Of a DNA stretch of 64,000 nucleotides, positions 62,845 to 64,000 are shown piece after piece (the stretch's first letter is position 1; every line of letters starts with the position of its first letter). The DNA lies in NCBI GenBank assembly GCA_965203315.1, contig OZ241857.1, forward strand, positions 1,504,001 through 1,568,000, written 5' to 3'. A program made the translations under genes and the position numbers. The notes under the pieces were generated by a model. That model had not been told where the DNA came from, did not search any database, and was given only the letters and a program-made list of their open reading frames with translations. Source of the DNA: Nitrosopumilus sp. (GTDB lineage Archaea > Thermoproteota > Nitrososphaeria > Nitrososphaerales > Nitrosopumilaceae).

Positions 62845-62923
62845 GGGATTCTCCGATTTACGCGATATGACATTTTACAAGACTCTTTCTCACTTAATTT
62901 CATCATGTAAATCGAAGAGATCC
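62845..62923. mobile_element. Short MITE, GGATCT family
   Basis: GGGATTCTCCGATTTACG...ATGTAAATCGAAGAGATCC. Confidence 0.75.
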
Positions 62924-62964
62924 TAATACTAAGGATTATATAAGATCATGGACATATATAGAGC

Positions 62965-63531
62965 ATGGGACAATATGGTGGTCACGCCTCACATTTGAGC
63001 TTTGGTGACGATGTAGACATCGTGGCATCGGGTATCGAAAAGATAAAAGAGTTCAAAGATTGTGTACATTCAGCAACTCTAATTCGACTTCATCTAGAAC
63101 CACGTACGCCAAGCGATCCAACTAGTGATGATTTTATTGTAATTGACAACATGCGCTGTGATACACCCCCCTCAGTAGTCGAGATCAAATACGGCTCACA
63201 TACTATATCACATGAAACGATTCCTGATCTTACAGTATTTTTTGAGGTAAAGATGAATCTAGACGAGCAAGAGTTTCTAGGTAATTTATTAAAACGTGCT
63301 AGAATGAACAAATACGGAGTACTAGAAGAACACAAGTGGAGAGTGAGAATAAAGGGCGAGGATAAAGTCAGTGATTTCTTATTCGCTGGTAAATTAGAAA
63401 AATATGAACTAAAACGTAATTTTGATGACAAGTTCCCTCATGTGCTTGTTAAATGCTGGATCATCGTAACAGATCAAGTTGAAGACAGCAACTTGGAAGA
63501 AAGTCATTCCACATACATAAATTCAAGATAA
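62965..63531 (+). CDS. Hypothetical protein
   Basis: 188-aa ORF with an upstream TTATATAA box. Confidence 0.7.
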   Translation: MGQYGGHASHLSFGDDVDIVASGIEKIKEFKDCVHSATLIRLHLEPRTPSDPTSDDFIVIDNMRCDTPPSVVEIKYGSHTISHETIPDLTVFFEVKMNLDEQEFLGNLLKRARMNKYGVLEEHKWRVRIKGEDKVSDFLFAGKLEKYELKRNFDDKFPHVLVKCWIIVTDQVEDSNLEESHSTYINSR

Positions 63532-63687
63532 TGTGTGCTAAAAGACTCTAAACAACAAAACATATAGCACACATAAAGAGAAATGAAAAAGTCACAAATT
63601 CATAACCATATTTACCGATCAATGATAATATTGACTAATCCATACCTAATTTCATATGGTTGGAAGTACCAAATTCATTCAGTATAA

Positions 63688-63823
63688 TATAAAGTCGTGG
63701 ACATAATAATTTTCCTAGTGTTCAGTATCACAATTTGGCGTTAGCTGTTCTGCCAGAGGTAAACTACGTCTCACCCTACATATGCGGTAGTAAACAAGAA
63801 AACAATTCCGTTCGTGACTATAG
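63688..63823. mobile_element. MITE, second copy of the 28265-28401 family
   Basis: Shared internal sequence and end GTTCGTGACTATAG. Confidence 0.8.
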
Positions 63824-64000
63824 AAATGAAAATATCAAATATAATTTAAGTAATCTTGTATCTCAAAGATTTCGGCTAATGAGTAGTCTAATACACTTTG
63901 ATTGTCTTTCATAATTTTTTGTGCTAATTTAAAAGTATTATCTGGAGTGTAAGCATTATTATTTACTGCACATGCCCAACCTAATCTATTTACTTGTGCT

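Noticed and set aside
6113-62923. Recurring palindromic repeats as a CRISPR array
   Set aside because: They are dispersed with no repeat-spacer periodicity, there are no cas genes, and the ends match IS TIRs.
1-64000. tRNA, rRNA, provirus or integrase
   Set aside because: No cloverleaf, rRNA-like tract, capsid, terminase or tyrosine integrase gene was recognised by eye.

Overview
AT-rich archaeal DNA. Gene content (Tes/GDGT synthase, Hel308, pelota, TIGR00269 tRNA thiolase, CBS-TrkH, a box C/D sRNA) fits a Nitrosopumilaceae-like thaumarchaeote, and the heavy IS/MITE load suggests a host-associated lineage (inference). The window has housekeeping genes, a ~19 kb surface-glycan cluster (20.4-39.3 kb), several candidate defence genes (ABC-ATPase plus TOPRIM pair, two kinds of HEPN-like protein), and deeply nested IS6, ISH3-like, IS5/ISL2, IS1595 and IS110/IS1111 elements with derived MITEs. 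Main observations: (1) an IS1111-type element whose 3' non-coding end folds into a two-loop bridge/seek-like RNA with guides matching its actual insertion site, plus a TATA box placed to fire across the circle junction; (2) the window's longest homopolymers (A16, G12, C10) all lie inside glycosyltransferase genes and one gene is currently out of frame, suggesting phase variation; (3) an unannotated box C/D sRNA predicted to guide Cm34 of tRNA-Leu(CAA); (4) a >547-aa ORF missing from the ORF track with tandem PH/GRAM-like motifs. All calls are by eye; no database searches were run.
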